From Pelagibacteraceae bacterium AG-404-P08 (GTDB taxonomy: Bacteria > Pseudomonadota > Alphaproteobacteria > HIMB59), in NCBI GenBank assembly GCA_003216195.1, contig QCJF01000006.1:27564-91563 (forward strand): DNA of 64,000 nt, in the 5' to 3' direction. The notes under the pieces are model-generated. The model made no database searches and had not been told where the DNA came from. It saw nothing but the letters and a program-made list of their open reading frames with translations. Positions 1 through 10,086 of this stretch are shown here, piece by piece. Every line of letters begins with the position of its first letter. Within the stretch, counting starts at the first letter, position 1. Position numbers and translations under genes: made by a program.

Positions 1-1
1 T

Positions 2-1417
2 AGGGAGATTATAGCTGACTCAACTGAACTTTCTGTAAGAGGGCACTGTTATGATGCCTTAGTTGGTTTAGCTGGGTGTGATAAATCTTTGCCAGGTTTA
101 ATGATGGCAATGCTAAGACTTAATGTGCCATCTGTATTTATGTATGGTGGATCTATATTACCAGGTGTTTATAAGGATAAGGACGTAACAATAGTAGATG
201 TTTTTGAGGCTGTTGGAAAACATTCAACAGGAAAGATTTCAGACCAAGAACTCCATGACATTGAGTGTGTTGCCTGTCCATCTGCTGGATCCTGTGGCGG
301 ACAGTTTACCGCAAATACCATGGCATGCGTTTCAGAGACTATTGGTTTAGCTCTTCCAGGTTCTGCTATGACACCAGCTCCTTATGAAAGTAGAGATAAA
401 TATGCTTATGAAAGTGGAAAAGTAGTTATGGAATTAATTGAAAAAAACTTGAGACCTAGGGATATTGTTACAAAACAATCACTAATAAATGCGGCTGTAG
501 TTGTTTCAGCATCAGGTGGATCAACTAACGCAGGTTTACATCTACCTGCTATGGCTCATGAAGCTGGTATTGAATTTACTTTGGAAGATGTCTGTAATAT
601 TTTCCAATCAACACCTTATATAGGTAATTTAGCCCCGGGAGGGAAATATGTAGCTAAAGATTTATATGAAGTTGGTGGCGTTCCTGTTCTAATTAAAGCA
701 CTCATTGATGGCGGGTTGATTGATGGATCATGCATGACTGTTACTGGAAAAACGTTAGCTGAAAATGTAAAAGATGTGGAGTTACCAAAAAATCAAGATG
801 TTGTATATCCTGTCAGTAGCCCAATTACTAAAACAGGTGGCGTGGTAGGTTTGAAAGGTTCACTTGCTCCTGATGGTGCGATTGTAAAAATAGCTGGACT
901 TAAAAAATTACAGTTCAAAGGAAAGGCAATTTGCTTTGATAGAGAAGAACACGCTCTAGACGCTGTCTTAAATGGTAAAATTAAACCTGGTCATGTTGTG
1001 ATTATAAGATACGAGGGCCCAAAAGGAGGGCCAGGTATGAGAGAAATGCTATCTACCACTAGTGCCCTTTATGGACAAGATCTTGGCGAAGAGGTAGCTT
1101 TAATTACTGACGGAAGGTTCTCTGGAGGTACACGAGGTTTTTGTATCGGCCATGTAGGTCCAGAGGCTTATGATTGTGGGCCTATAGCGTTAGTTGAAGA
1201 TGGTGATGAAATAGAAATTGATGCAGAGAAAAATATACTAAATTTGAATGTAGACGAAAAAACGTTATCCGATAGAAAAACTAAATGGGTTAATAAAGAA
1301 CCAGAGTTTATGTCAGGTACTTTATGGAAATATATGAAAACTGTTGGACCTGCAAACCTAGGGGCAGTTACACACCCTGGTGGTAAATTAGAAAAAAAGA
1401 CTTATTCAGATATTTAA
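2..1417 (+). CDS. ilvD: Dihydroxy-acid dehydratase (5' end outside the window)
   Basis: Frame is open from position 2 (REIIADS...GCDKSLPG). Motifs CGGQFTANTM, RYEGPKGGPGMREM and TDGRFSG. Confidence 0.97.
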   Translation, partial: REIIADSTELSVRGHCYDALVGLAGCDKSLPGLMMAMLRLNVPSVFMYGGSILPGVYKDKDVTIVDVFEAVGKHSTGKISDQELHDIECVACPSAGSCGGQFTANTMACVSETIGLALPGSAMTPAPYESRDKYAYESGKVVMELIEKNLRPRDIVTKQSLINAAVVVSASGGSTNAGLHLPAMAHEAGIEFTLEDVCNIFQSTPYIGNLAPGGKYVAKDLYEVGGVPVLIKALIDGGLIDGSCMTVTGKTLAENVKDVELPKNQDVVYPVSSPITKTGGVVGLKGSLAPDGAIVKIAGLKKLQFKGKAICFDREEHALDAVLNGKIKPGHVVIIRYEGPKGGPGMREMLSTTSALYGQDLGEEVALITDGRFSGGTRGFCIGHVGPEAYDCGPIALVEDGDEIEIDAEKNILNLNVDEKTLSDRKTKWVNKEPEFMSGTLWKYMKTVGPANLGAVTHPGGKLEKKTYSDI

Positions 1418-2173
1418 ATCTATAAGAATAGGGCAATGATCAGAGGGTCTATCCATATCACGGTATTCTTTTAATACTTTTAGTTTCATTATTTTACTTT
1501 TCAAAAATGGAGATAAAAGAAAGAAGTCTATTCTTATTCCTTCCTCTTTTCCAAATTTGTAAGTTTTATAATCAAAAAAAGTATAACTTTGTTTTTTTGG
1601 AGCAGTCTTAAACACATCAATTAGATCTAGATTTATTAATTTATAGAATTCTTTTCTGGATTGAGGTTGTGCTAGAGCATCATTTTTATATTTTTTAATA
1701 TCATGAGCATCTTCATCATCTGGAATAACATTAAAATCTCCCATTAATAAAACTTCATATTCTTTTTTAAGTATTTCTATTTCTTTATAAAGTAATTTCA
1801 TCCATTCAAGCTTATTTGTAAATTTGTCTGTATCTATAGGATTTCCATTAGGGAAATAGCAATTGAGAATTACTAAATTTTTATCTTTTATAATAACTGT
1901 ATTGTTTCTTGCTTGTGTCATATTTAACTTCCTTAAGGGAGTTTCATTTAATACAATCTCACTTTTACAAGAAACACTTACCCCATTATAGCTTTTTTGA
2001 GTTTCAGCCACTGTTTTCAATGAAAATTGATTAAAAAAATTTTCTACGTATTCTTTATCTAATATCTTCAGTTCTTGTAAGCAAATTATATCTGGAGCCT
2101 CTGTTTTTATTATTTTTTCTATAAGTGGTTCTCGAGCTCTTAAAGAATTTACATTCCAACTAATTATTTTCAC
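1406..2173 (-). CDS. xth: Exodeoxyribonuclease III
   Basis: SWNVNS, LQE, YFPNG, GDFN, RID and SDHCP motifs. Confidence 0.95.
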   Translation of the reverse strand: MKIISWNVNSLRAREPLIEKIIKTEAPDIICLQELKILDKEYVENFFNQFSLKTVAETQKSYNGVSVSCKSEIVLNETPLRKLNMTQARNNTVIIKDKNLVILNCYFPNGNPIDTDKFTNKLEWMKLLYKEIEILKKEYEVLLMGDFNVIPDDEDAHDIKKYKNDALAQPQSRKEFYKLINLDLIDVFKTAPKKQSYTFFDYKTYKFGKEEGIRIDFFLLSPFLKSKIMKLKVLKEYRDMDRPSDHCPILIDLNI

Positions 2174-2175
2174 AA

Positions 2176-2502
2176 TTAAACGCTAAATGATGTGCCACAG
2201 CCGCAAGAATTTTTAGCATTAGGATTTGAAATAGAGAAACTAGAGCCTATCAATTCATCTTTATAATCTAATTCAGACTCATTTATGAAAGTCATAGAAT
2301 TTTTATCGATCAAAATTTGTAAATCTTTAAAATTAAATACATGATCTTTTGTTTCATTAATTACATTTTCACTTTTAAATACATACTGAAAGCCAGAACA
2401 TCCACCACCTTTGACTCTGATTCTAAAATATTTCATATTTTGATCTTTTAGAACTTCTTGAATTTTATTTATAGCTTTATCTGTTATATTAATACTTCCC
2501 AT
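2176..2502 (-). CDS. erpA: A-type Fe-S cluster carrier (ErpA/IscA, HesB family)
   Basis: GGGCSGFQY and C-terminal NPNA..CGCGTSF; usual alphaproteobacterial position between xth and dgt. Confidence 0.88.
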   Translation of the reverse strand: MGSINITDKAINKIQEVLKDQNMKYFRIRVKGGGCSGFQYVFKSENVINETKDHVFNFKDLQILIDKNSMTFINESELDYKDELIGSSFSISNPNAKNSCGCGTSFSV

Positions 2503-3612
2503 ATGTTCAGTAATTTATCAGCTTTACCAGAAAATTCAAAAGGAAGACTTCACGATGAAATAAATGATCATCGATCACTCTACGAAAGAGATAGAGATAG
2601 AATTTATCATTCAACAGCCTTTAGAAAACTAAAAGATAAAACACAAGTATTTATGTTTGAAAAAGGTGACTATTATAGAAATAGACTAACACATACTCTT
2701 GAGGTGTCTCAAATAGCAAGATCTATAAGTAGAAAATTGTCTTTAAATGAAGATCTCACAGAATGTATAGCGCTGTCTCATGATTTAGGCCATAGTCCTT
2801 TTGGTCATGTAGGCGAAGAAATAATTACTCAAGAATTAGATGCAAATTTTAACCATAATTATCAATCTTTTAGACAAATTACACTATTAGAAAAGAGATA
2901 TATAAATTTTGATGGTTTAAATTTAACTTGGGAAACAATTGATGGCTTAATAAAGCATAATGGAAAAATACAAGAAACAAATAGAAACTACGACTTATCA
3001 AAAAATTTTAAATTTGATTTAAATAAGAATCCCTCATTAGAGGCTCAAATCGCATCCTTATCTGATGATATAGCTTACATAGCTCATGATTTCGACGATG
3101 CTTTAAGATCAGGTATTCTGACAATATCAAGTTTAGCTGAAAATAAAGAACAATTTAATTTTATAGATTTTTCATACATAGCAAACTTAGATAAAAGTAT
3201 TGCAAGAAATTACTTTACAAGGTCCATAATGAACTACTTAATTTTGGATCTTCTTAACGAGACTGAAAATACTCTTTCTAATAATTCACAAATACGATCA
3301 ATTGAAGATGTTATACTAAGCACAAATTTTTTGGTTAAGTTTAGCCCTCCAGTATTAGATAAAGTAAAATTTCTTAAAAATTTTCTATTCGAATTTTTTT
3401 ACACATCTGATTTTGTATATAAAAATAGAATGCAAGCTGAAAAAATTTTAGTATCTATAATAAAATTATTAAATAATGATACCTCTATGCTTCCATCTAA
3501 ATGGAAAGAAAAATTACAATATGATACAGATAAGCAACAAATTATAGTCGATTATGTATGTGGTATGACAGATCAGTATGCTATAAATTTCTATAAAAAA
3601 TATGTTACATAA
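2503..3612 (+). CDS. dgt: Deoxyguanosinetriphosphate triphosphohydrolase (HD domain)
   Basis: RDRDRIYHS, KTQVF, RLTHTLEV, HDLGHSPFGH and GMTD motifs. ATG 2503 preferred to TTG 2458, which lies inside erpA. Confidence 0.93.
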   Translation: MFSNLSALPENSKGRLHDEINDHRSLYERDRDRIYHSTAFRKLKDKTQVFMFEKGDYYRNRLTHTLEVSQIARSISRKLSLNEDLTECIALSHDLGHSPFGHVGEEIITQELDANFNHNYQSFRQITLLEKRYINFDGLNLTWETIDGLIKHNGKIQETNRNYDLSKNFKFDLNKNPSLEAQIASLSDDIAYIAHDFDDALRSGILTISSLAENKEQFNFIDFSYIANLDKSIARNYFTRSIMNYLILDLLNETENTLSNNSQIRSIEDVILSTNFLVKFSPPVLDKVKFLKNFLFEFFYTSDFVYKNRMQAEKILVSIIKLLNNDTSMLPSKWKEKLQYDTDKQQIIVDYVCGMTDQYAINFYKKYVT

Positions 3613-5251
3613 TTTAAAAAAATCTCTTTTTGAAATAATAATCAAAATTGATAAGAACGTTAGTATTAATTTTGAAGATGTTGAAGTTGAAACACTTTTT
3701 GACAAAAAAGGTGATTTTACAACTAATGCTGCTCTAAAATTTTCAAAAATATTCGGAAAAAATCCAAATCAATTAGCAGATATTATTTTAAGTGGCATTA
3801 ACTTAAATAATTTTGAAAAAGTAGAAATTGCTGGACCTGGTTTTATAAATTTTTTTCTCAAGGATGAGAGTTTTAACCCTCAATTATTTAATAATGAAAA
3901 AGAATTAACTGAAAATGAAAAAGTAAATATTGAATTTGTATCTGCTAATCCAACTGGCCCATTACACTTAGCACATGGAAGAGGTGCAGTTGTTGGGGAT
4001 ATTTTATCTAATTTATTTGAGTATTTTGGACATCCTGTAACTCGTGAATATTATGTAAATAACACAGGTAATCAAATTAATGAATTTCTGTCTTCAATAC
4101 TTTATTCTATTTCACATACATATAATTTAAATCTTAATGAAAAACAATTTTACAAAGGTGATTACATTAATGATATAGCAAAGAATTGTTACGAAAAATT
4201 TAAACCACTATTTGATAATAAGTTAAGTTCTGATGAGAAAAACAACATTGTAAATTATGCTATAGAAAATCTTGTCAATCAGACGCTTCAAACACTTGGC
4301 ACAGCAGGGATAAAATTTGATCAAATATCATACGAAACAAACATTATTGACAAGGGCCACCTCCCATTAATTTTTGAAAAATTAAAGCAAAAAGATTTAA
4401 TATATGAAGGTCAATTAAATGCTCCTAAAGATTTTACGGGCACTTTAAAGGATAATCAGCTGACAATATTTAAATCAACTCTTTTTGAAGATGATGAAGA
4501 TAGAGCATTAACTAAAAATGATGGCACTCCCACTTATTTTGCAAATGACATTGCTTATCATGAAGATAAATTTCAAAGAGGATTTAATAAATTAATAAAT
4601 ATATGGGGTGCAGATCATTTAGGATATCTCAAAAGATTGTCATCAGCGATAACTTCTTTAAATCCAAAAATTGATTTTTCAGTTGTTTTTTGCCAAATTG
4701 TCAATTTAAAACGCGATAATAAAATACAAAAACTTTCAAAAAGAGAGGGTAACATTTTTGAACTTAAAAATTTAATAGATGAAATAGGAATTGATAATTT
4801 TAGATATTTTATGTCATACAGAAAAAATGATACTCACATGGATTTAGACATAGATTTAATTAAGAGAGAGAATAAGGAAAATCCTATTTATTATATTCAG
4901 TACTCTTATGCTAGAACACAATCTATTTTAAATAAAGTAAATAAAGTTGTTGATACACCCGTTTTAATTACTTCAGAATTAAAAAACTTATATAAAAAAA
5001 TATTGGAGTGGGATGACGTAGTAAAATCTGCATATTTAAAAAAAGAAGTTCATTTAATAGCACACTACTTAGAAAACTTGTCTTCATATTTTCATACATT
5101 ATGGTCCTCCTCAAAAAATAAACCATCAGTAAAATTTTTAGATAATGATAATAATATTTCTTCTAATATAATTAAGTTATTACATAATTATCAAAATGTC
5201 TTAGACGAAGGATTAAAAATTTTAGGTATAAAGCCTAAATTAAAGATGTGA
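3602..5251 (+). CDS. argS: Arginine--tRNA ligase
   Basis: EFVSANPTGPLHLAHGRG (HIGH-type), WGADH, KLSKR and YIQYSYAR motifs. Confidence 0.97.
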   Translation: MLHNLKKSLFEIIIKIDKNVSINFEDVEVETLFDKKGDFTTNAALKFSKIFGKNPNQLADIILSGINLNNFEKVEIAGPGFINFFLKDESFNPQLFNNEKELTENEKVNIEFVSANPTGPLHLAHGRGAVVGDILSNLFEYFGHPVTREYYVNNTGNQINEFLSSILYSISHTYNLNLNEKQFYKGDYINDIAKNCYEKFKPLFDNKLSSDEKNNIVNYAIENLVNQTLQTLGTAGIKFDQISYETNIIDKGHLPLIFEKLKQKDLIYEGQLNAPKDFTGTLKDNQLTIFKSTLFEDDEDRALTKNDGTPTYFANDIAYHEDKFQRGFNKLINIWGADHLGYLKRLSSAITSLNPKIDFSVVFCQIVNLKRDNKIQKLSKREGNIFELKNLIDEIGIDNFRYFMSYRKNDTHMDLDIDLIKRENKENPIYYIQYSYARTQSILNKVNKVVDTPVLITSELKNLYKKILEWDDVVKSAYLKKEVHLIAHYLENLSSYFHTLWSSSKNKPSVKFLDNDNNISSNIIKLLHNYQNVLDEGLKILGIKPKLKM

Positions 5252-5394
5252 AAAATCTAAAAATAGTAATAATAATTTTTTTTCTTATACTGACTTTATT
5301 ATTTTCCTATCTGTTCTTTGATAATTACTTTAAGTATATTTTTTTTGATAATTTTATAACTATTACTGCTGATGAATTTGATTTTATTAAATGA
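5248..5394 (+). CDS. 48-aa single-TM protein, not in the ORF track
   Basis: GTG start overlaps the argS stop (GTGA) and the TGA stop overlaps the nagZ start (ATGA). Translation MKNLKIVIIIFFLILTLLFSYLFFDNYFKYIFFDNFITITADEFDFIK. Confidence 0.6.
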   Translation: MKNLKIVIIIFFLILTLLFSYLFFDNYFKYIFFDNFITITADEFDFIK

Positions 5395-6407
5395 ACTTTC
5401 CAATAATTATATCCATAAAAAGTATTTCTTTATCTAGACAAGAAAAAAATTTTATTTCTAAGATAAAACCTTTTGGGGTAATAATTTTTGCAAGAAATAT
5501 CAGTAATATTTCTCAAATTTCAAAGTTAAATCTATCAATTAAATCGTTAAGTAAAAATACATTAATATTTATTGATCAAGAGGGTGGTATCGTAAATAGA
5601 TTTAAAAAATTCAAAGAATTTAATTTTTTAGATAATTTTGAGTTATATAAGATTTATTTAAGATACCCCTCTTTATCCAAACAGTTAGTTTTTTTAAAAT
5701 CTTTCATAACATCGTATTATTTAAAAAAACTAAATTTTGATGTTAACACTGTTCCAGTCCTAGATTTACCAATTAAAAATACAATCCTAATGATCAAAAA
5801 AAGAACTTTTGGACCCAATATTAATATCAATATAATTTTGCAGAAAATATTACTAGATAATTTGAGTTACTTTGGACTAATTCCAATAATGAAACATATC
5901 CCTGGACATGGTGTAACAAATAAAGACTCACATTTAACTTTGCCAATAACAAAATTAAGTAAATCTTCTCTCCAAGACCACATAAAAATATTTAAATATT
6001 TTAATAAAATACCTTTTGCAATGACTGCACATATTAAATATTTATCCTGGGATAAAAATAATATTGCCACTTTTTCTAAATATATAATTGATAACATTAT
6101 TAGAAAAAAAATTGGGTTCAAAGGTTTACTAATATCTGATGATCTGGAAATGAAAGCTAATATTTATAATATTAAGGAAGCTACTCAGTTATCTAACTTT
6201 TCTAAATTAGATGTTATTTTAGATTGTAGCTCTAACTTGGATAAATATCGTGAAATTATAAATTCGTTTAATTTTTCGAAAAATTACGTTAATGTTTTTA
6301 AATCCAATAAACTTCAGCAGTATAAGAAAAAATTAGACCTTAAATCTATTAATATTAATCACTATCATGAATTGTATAATCAATTGTTAAAAATTAATGG
6401 ATTCTAA
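5391..6407 (+). CDS. nagZ: Beta-N-acetylhexosaminidase (GH3)
   Basis: IDQEGG, KHIPGHG..KDSH and ISDDLEM motifs; position between argS and scpA. Confidence 0.9.
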   Translation: MNFPIIISIKSISLSRQEKNFISKIKPFGVIIFARNISNISQISKLNLSIKSLSKNTLIFIDQEGGIVNRFKKFKEFNFLDNFELYKIYLRYPSLSKQLVFLKSFITSYYLKKLNFDVNTVPVLDLPIKNTILMIKKRTFGPNININIILQKILLDNLSYFGLIPIMKHIPGHGVTNKDSHLTLPITKLSKSSLQDHIKIFKYFNKIPFAMTAHIKYLSWDKNNIATFSKYIIDNIIRKKIGFKGLLISDDLEMKANIYNIKEATQLSNFSKLDVILDCSSNLDKYREIINSFNFSKNYVNVFKSNKLQQYKKKLDLKSININHYHELYNQLLKINGF

Positions 6408-7131
6408 TCTAAATATAGACATTAAAGACTACAATGGACCTTTAGACGTTCTTTTAGAACTTGTTCATAAGAATAAATTTGATTTAAAAAACCTGCCAAT
6501 ACTTAGTCTTTGTAACCAATATATTGCTTTTATTGTAGATTTAAAAAAGGTTAGCATAGAGATAGCATCAGAATATTTACTAATGGCTGCTATTATGGTC
6601 TTTTTAAAATCTAAATACCTTGTAAATAAGGACAAAGAAGAGGATGTTAAAAAAGTAACAAGATTTCTTACTAATCGATTAACGATACTAGAACTTGTAA
6701 ATAAAAATAGTATTAAATTATTTGAGCTTCCTAAATTCAAACAAGAATTTTTTCCAAATACGCAAAAACATAAATTAAAAATTGAAAAAAACTTTGTAAT
6801 CAAAGACAAGCTCATTGATCTTTTAAAAGCTTATGCAAATATTCATAAAAGAAATCAACAATATACTTTAAAGTTTAGCTCAACTAAATTATTTACGATT
6901 AAGGATGGTCAAAATGTTATTTCTAAGGAAATTCTATCTAACCAAGATTGGTTTAAATTAAAGAGCTTACTACCTAATAATTTAAAATCAGATATTTTGA
7001 ATAAATCATTTTTTTCTAGTACATTTAATGCAAGTCTTCATATGGCAAAAGAAGATAAAAATGAAGAAAAAAAAATAGTAATTAAGCAATCTTTGCCATT
7101 TTCTGATATATATTTAAAAAAAGATGAGTGA
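6397..7131 (+). CDS. scpA: Segregation/condensation protein A
   Basis: YNGPLDVLLELV and EYLLMAA...LKS; directly upstream of scpB. Confidence 0.9.
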   Translation: MDSNLNIDIKDYNGPLDVLLELVHKNKFDLKNLPILSLCNQYIAFIVDLKKVSIEIASEYLLMAAIMVFLKSKYLVNKDKEEDVKKVTRFLTNRLTILELVNKNSIKLFELPKFKQEFFPNTQKHKLKIEKNFVIKDKLIDLLKAYANIHKRNQQYTLKFSSTKLFTIKDGQNVISKEILSNQDWFKLKSLLPNNLKSDILNKSFFSSTFNASLHMAKEDKNEEKKIVIKQSLPFSDIYLKKDE

Positions 7132-7774
7132 AACTTCACAAAAAATAGAAGCTTTAATATTTGCATCAAGTAAGCCAGTTTCAGAAAATGAAATCAAAAA
7201 AAGATTAGATATTCATGAGGATATATCTGAAGTCATGTCTAACTTAGAGACTGCTTATCAACATAGAGGTATAAATTTAAAAAAAATATCTAATAAGTGG
7301 ATTTTCTTAACAAATACAGAGGTAAGTGAGATCTTTCACGAAAAAAAAGAAATACAAAAAAGACTTTCAAAACAAGCAATAGAGACATTAGCAATAGTTG
7401 TTTATCATCAACCTATAACAAAATCAGAAATCGAGAGTATTAGAGGGGTTGTTATAGGGCAAGGAATATTTGATCAATTAATGGAGTTTGGATGGATAGC
7501 TCCAGGAGGTCGAAAAGAGGTACCAGGTAGACCTATTCTTTGGGGTACCACTGAAGACTTTCTTTTACACTTTGGTTTAGGCACGTTAGATAATCTTCCT
7601 GGAATAGAGGAAATGAAAAACTCAGGAATATTAGATGAAAATTTTGCTTCAATGAATATTCAAGAGGTTTCAGATGATTTAAATAAGGATGAGGCATTTA
7701 TAGACGATGAAGATGAAGCAGAAACTCTTGATGAGTTCTCAAAAAGCCAATTGACTCAAAATAATGATACTTGA
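7124..7774 (+). CDS. scpB: Segregation/condensation protein B
   Basis: IEALIFAS, ETLAIVVYHQPITKSEIESIRGV and GRPILWGTT motifs. Confidence 0.95.
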   Translation: MSETSQKIEALIFASSKPVSENEIKKRLDIHEDISEVMSNLETAYQHRGINLKKISNKWIFLTNTEVSEIFHEKKEIQKRLSKQAIETLAIVVYHQPITKSEIESIRGVVIGQGIFDQLMEFGWIAPGGRKEVPGRPILWGTTEDFLLHFGLGTLDNLPGIEEMKNSGILDENFASMNIQEVSDDLNKDEAFIDDEDEAETLDEFSKSQLTQNNDT

Positions 7775-8810
7775 TGTTAGAGATCTTCACCACTCTTTTG
7801 GTGAGGTAAATGCTATAAATAAACTAAGTTTTTCAATAGAGCATAATTCAATTGTTTCTATTTTGGGTCCCTCAGGCTGTGGAAAAACTACTTTAATTCG
7901 ATTAATAGCTGGTTTGGAAGAAATTCAAAAGGGACAAATATCTTTTGAGGGTAAATTAGTTGCAAACGAAAGATTTAATACTCCCCCTGAGCAAAGATCA
8001 ATTTCTTACGTTTTCCAAGACTTTGCATTATTTCCTCACATGAATGTAAAAGAAAATATAAGTTTTGCCGCAAGCTCTAAAGTAAATAAAAAACAATTGA
8101 TTGATCAAGTTATTCAATTAGCAAAAGTTGAAAATTTTCTTGATAAATATCCTCATGCTCTCAGTGGAGGAGAGCAGCAAAGAGTAGCATTAGCAAGGTC
8201 AATAGCTGTTCAACCACGACTATTACTTTTAGATGAGCCTTTTTCTGACTTAGATACTAATTTAAAAAAGGAAATTATTGATGACACACTTCACTTAATA
8301 AATAGCTTGGACTCCTCTGCTATCGTTGTAACACACAATGCCGAAGAGGCTATGTTTCTCAGCAATGTTATTGTTGTAATGGAAAATGGAAGAATAGTTC
8401 AGATAGGAAAACCTCGTGAAATCTACTTTAATCCTTCTAATGTTTATGTTGCCTCTTTGTTTGGAGAGGTCAATATTTTTCAGACGAAAGTTTTAAATAA
8501 TAAATGCGAAACCCCTTTAGGCTCACTAGATACAAAAAACTTAAAAGATAACCAAGAAGTTAATGTAGTAGTTAGACCTGAGGCTATTAAATTGAATGTT
8601 GAAAAATCTCCTTTAACAAGTCCTAACACTGGGGTAGTAGTTGATTCTAAATTTTTAGGAAATAGTGCGATAATTCATATGACAGTTAATGATAGAAATA
8701 ACAATAAACATCACATTCATAGCAAATTGATTGGAGAATTTTTGCCTGCTCCTGCAAGTTCAGTTTCTTTTTCTTTAGATCTAAACCACGTATTCATTTT
8801 CCCTAGATAA
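7764..8810 (+). CDS. ABC transporter ATP-binding subunit (FbpC/PotA-like, C-terminal TOBE)
   Basis: Walker A GPSGCGKT, FQDFALFPH, LSGGEQQR and LLLDEPF. Confidence 0.9.
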   Translation: MILDVRDLHHSFGEVNAINKLSFSIEHNSIVSILGPSGCGKTTLIRLIAGLEEIQKGQISFEGKLVANERFNTPPEQRSISYVFQDFALFPHMNVKENISFAASSKVNKKQLIDQVIQLAKVENFLDKYPHALSGGEQQRVALARSIAVQPRLLLLDEPFSDLDTNLKKEIIDDTLHLINSLDSSAIVVTHNAEEAMFLSNVIVVMENGRIVQIGKPREIYFNPSNVYVASLFGEVNIFQTKVLNNKCETPLGSLDTKNLKDNQEVNVVVRPEAIKLNVEKSPLTSPNTGVVVDSKFLGNSAIIHMTVNDRNNNKHHIHSKLIGEFLPAPASSVSFSLDLNHVFIFPR

Positions 8811-8838
8811 GATATCAATAATATAGTAAAATTTATAA

Positions 8839-9024
8839 ATGGGTGCTTTTAGCATATGGCATTGGATAATTGTTTTAATTATTGTTCTATTATTGTTTGG
8901 TAAAGGAAAAATACCCTCTTTGATGGCAGATATGGCAAAAGGTATTAAGTCATTTAAGAGCAATATGGCCGAGGATGATAAACCAAATAATCCAGATCAA
9001 GACAATCAAAATAAGGACCAGTAA
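8839..9024 (+). CDS. tatA: Twin-arginine translocase TatA
   Basis: [21 protein letters not shown] followed by an amphipathic helix. Confidence 0.96.
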   Translation: MGAFSIWHWIIVLIIVLLLFGKGKIPSLMADMAKGIKSFKSNMAEDDKPNNPDQDNQNKDQ

Positions 9025-9326
9025 TGTTTTCTTTAGGTTGGATGGAGATATCCATCATCCTAATTATCACAGTAATAGTTGTAGGCCCTAAAGAAATACC
9101 AACTGTTATTAAATTTTTAAAAGGTATAACTTCAGGTTTGGGAAAACTCTCCAGAGAATTTAAGTCAACTGTAAATGAGATATCACATATAGAGGAAGTA
9201 AAAGATATCAAAAAGGAAATTTTAGACACAAAAGAGTCAATTGTAAAAGAGGGAAAAGAATTAGACGAATTTATCGAAAAAAGTAATGATCAAATTATGA
9301 AAGATGAAAACAATGACCGAAGTTGA
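9024..9326 (+). CDS. tatB: Twin-arginine translocase TatB
   Basis: MFSLGWMEI...VVGPKEIP; lies between tatA and tatC. Confidence 0.93.
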   Translation: MFSLGWMEISIILIITVIVVGPKEIPTVIKFLKGITSGLGKLSREFKSTVNEISHIEEVKDIKKEILDTKESIVKEGKELDEFIEKSNDQIMKDENNDRS

Positions 9327-10065
9327 TAATTCTATGAATTTCTTCGATCATATAAAAGAACTAAGACAAAAAATTTTATATGTCATAATTTTTTTTATTG
9401 TTGCATTTATAGTTTCTTTTTATTTTTCTCAATCAATATTTGAATTTCTAGCTAAACCTCTCACATCAATTTTGGGAAACGGTAATGGATTGATTTATAC
9501 AGCTTTACAAGAGGCTTTTTTAACAAATGTTAAAGTAGCTTTTTTTACAGCAGCTTTTATTTCTTTCCCATTTTTATCAATACAGATTTGGTCTTTTGTT
9601 TCACCAGGATTGCTTAAAAAAGAAAAACAAATTTCATTACCAACTTTAGTAGCCATCCCTTTTTTGTTTATCCTAGGTGCTGCTGTTGTTTATTATGTAA
9701 TATCACCCATAGCATGGAAGTTTTTTTTAAGTTTTCAAACTTCACAAGCAGAAGGTATCAATATTACACTTCAAGCTAAAATGAACGAATATTTATCCTT
9801 GATGATGACGTTTATTTTTGCTTTTGGATTAGCTTTTCAATTACCTGTTATTTTACTATTACTTGTGAAATTTGGCATTCTTACTGTCGCTCAATTAGTT
9901 TCATTTAGAAAATATGCAATTGTTTTATCATTTGTATTTGCTGCAATTGTAACACCACCTGATCCATTTTCACAAATTTCTCTAGCGTTACCTGTAATAA
10001 TTTTGTATGAAATATCTATTCTTGTTTCTAAATTTATGGTTAAGCGTCAAAATAAAAAAGAATGA
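9304..10065 (+). CDS. tatC: Twin-arginine translocase TatC
   Basis: HIKELR, FVSPGL, FQLP and TPPDPFSQ motifs; multiple TM helices. Confidence 0.96.
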   Translation: MKTMTEVDNSMNFFDHIKELRQKILYVIIFFIVAFIVSFYFSQSIFEFLAKPLTSILGNGNGLIYTALQEAFLTNVKVAFFTAAFISFPFLSIQIWSFVSPGLLKKEKQISLPTLVAIPFLFILGAAVVYYVISPIAWKFFLSFQTSQAEGINITLQAKMNEYLSLMMTFIFAFGLAFQLPVILLLLVKFGILTVAQLVSFRKYAIVLSFVFAAIVTPPDPFSQISLALPVIILYEISILVSKFMVKRQNKKE

Positions 10066-10086
10066 AAATATTATTAAAAGATAGTT

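Noticed and set aside
2503-3612. dGTPase as an anti-phage defence gene
   Set aside because: It sits in the ordinary erpA-dgt-argS housekeeping context with no defence neighbours.
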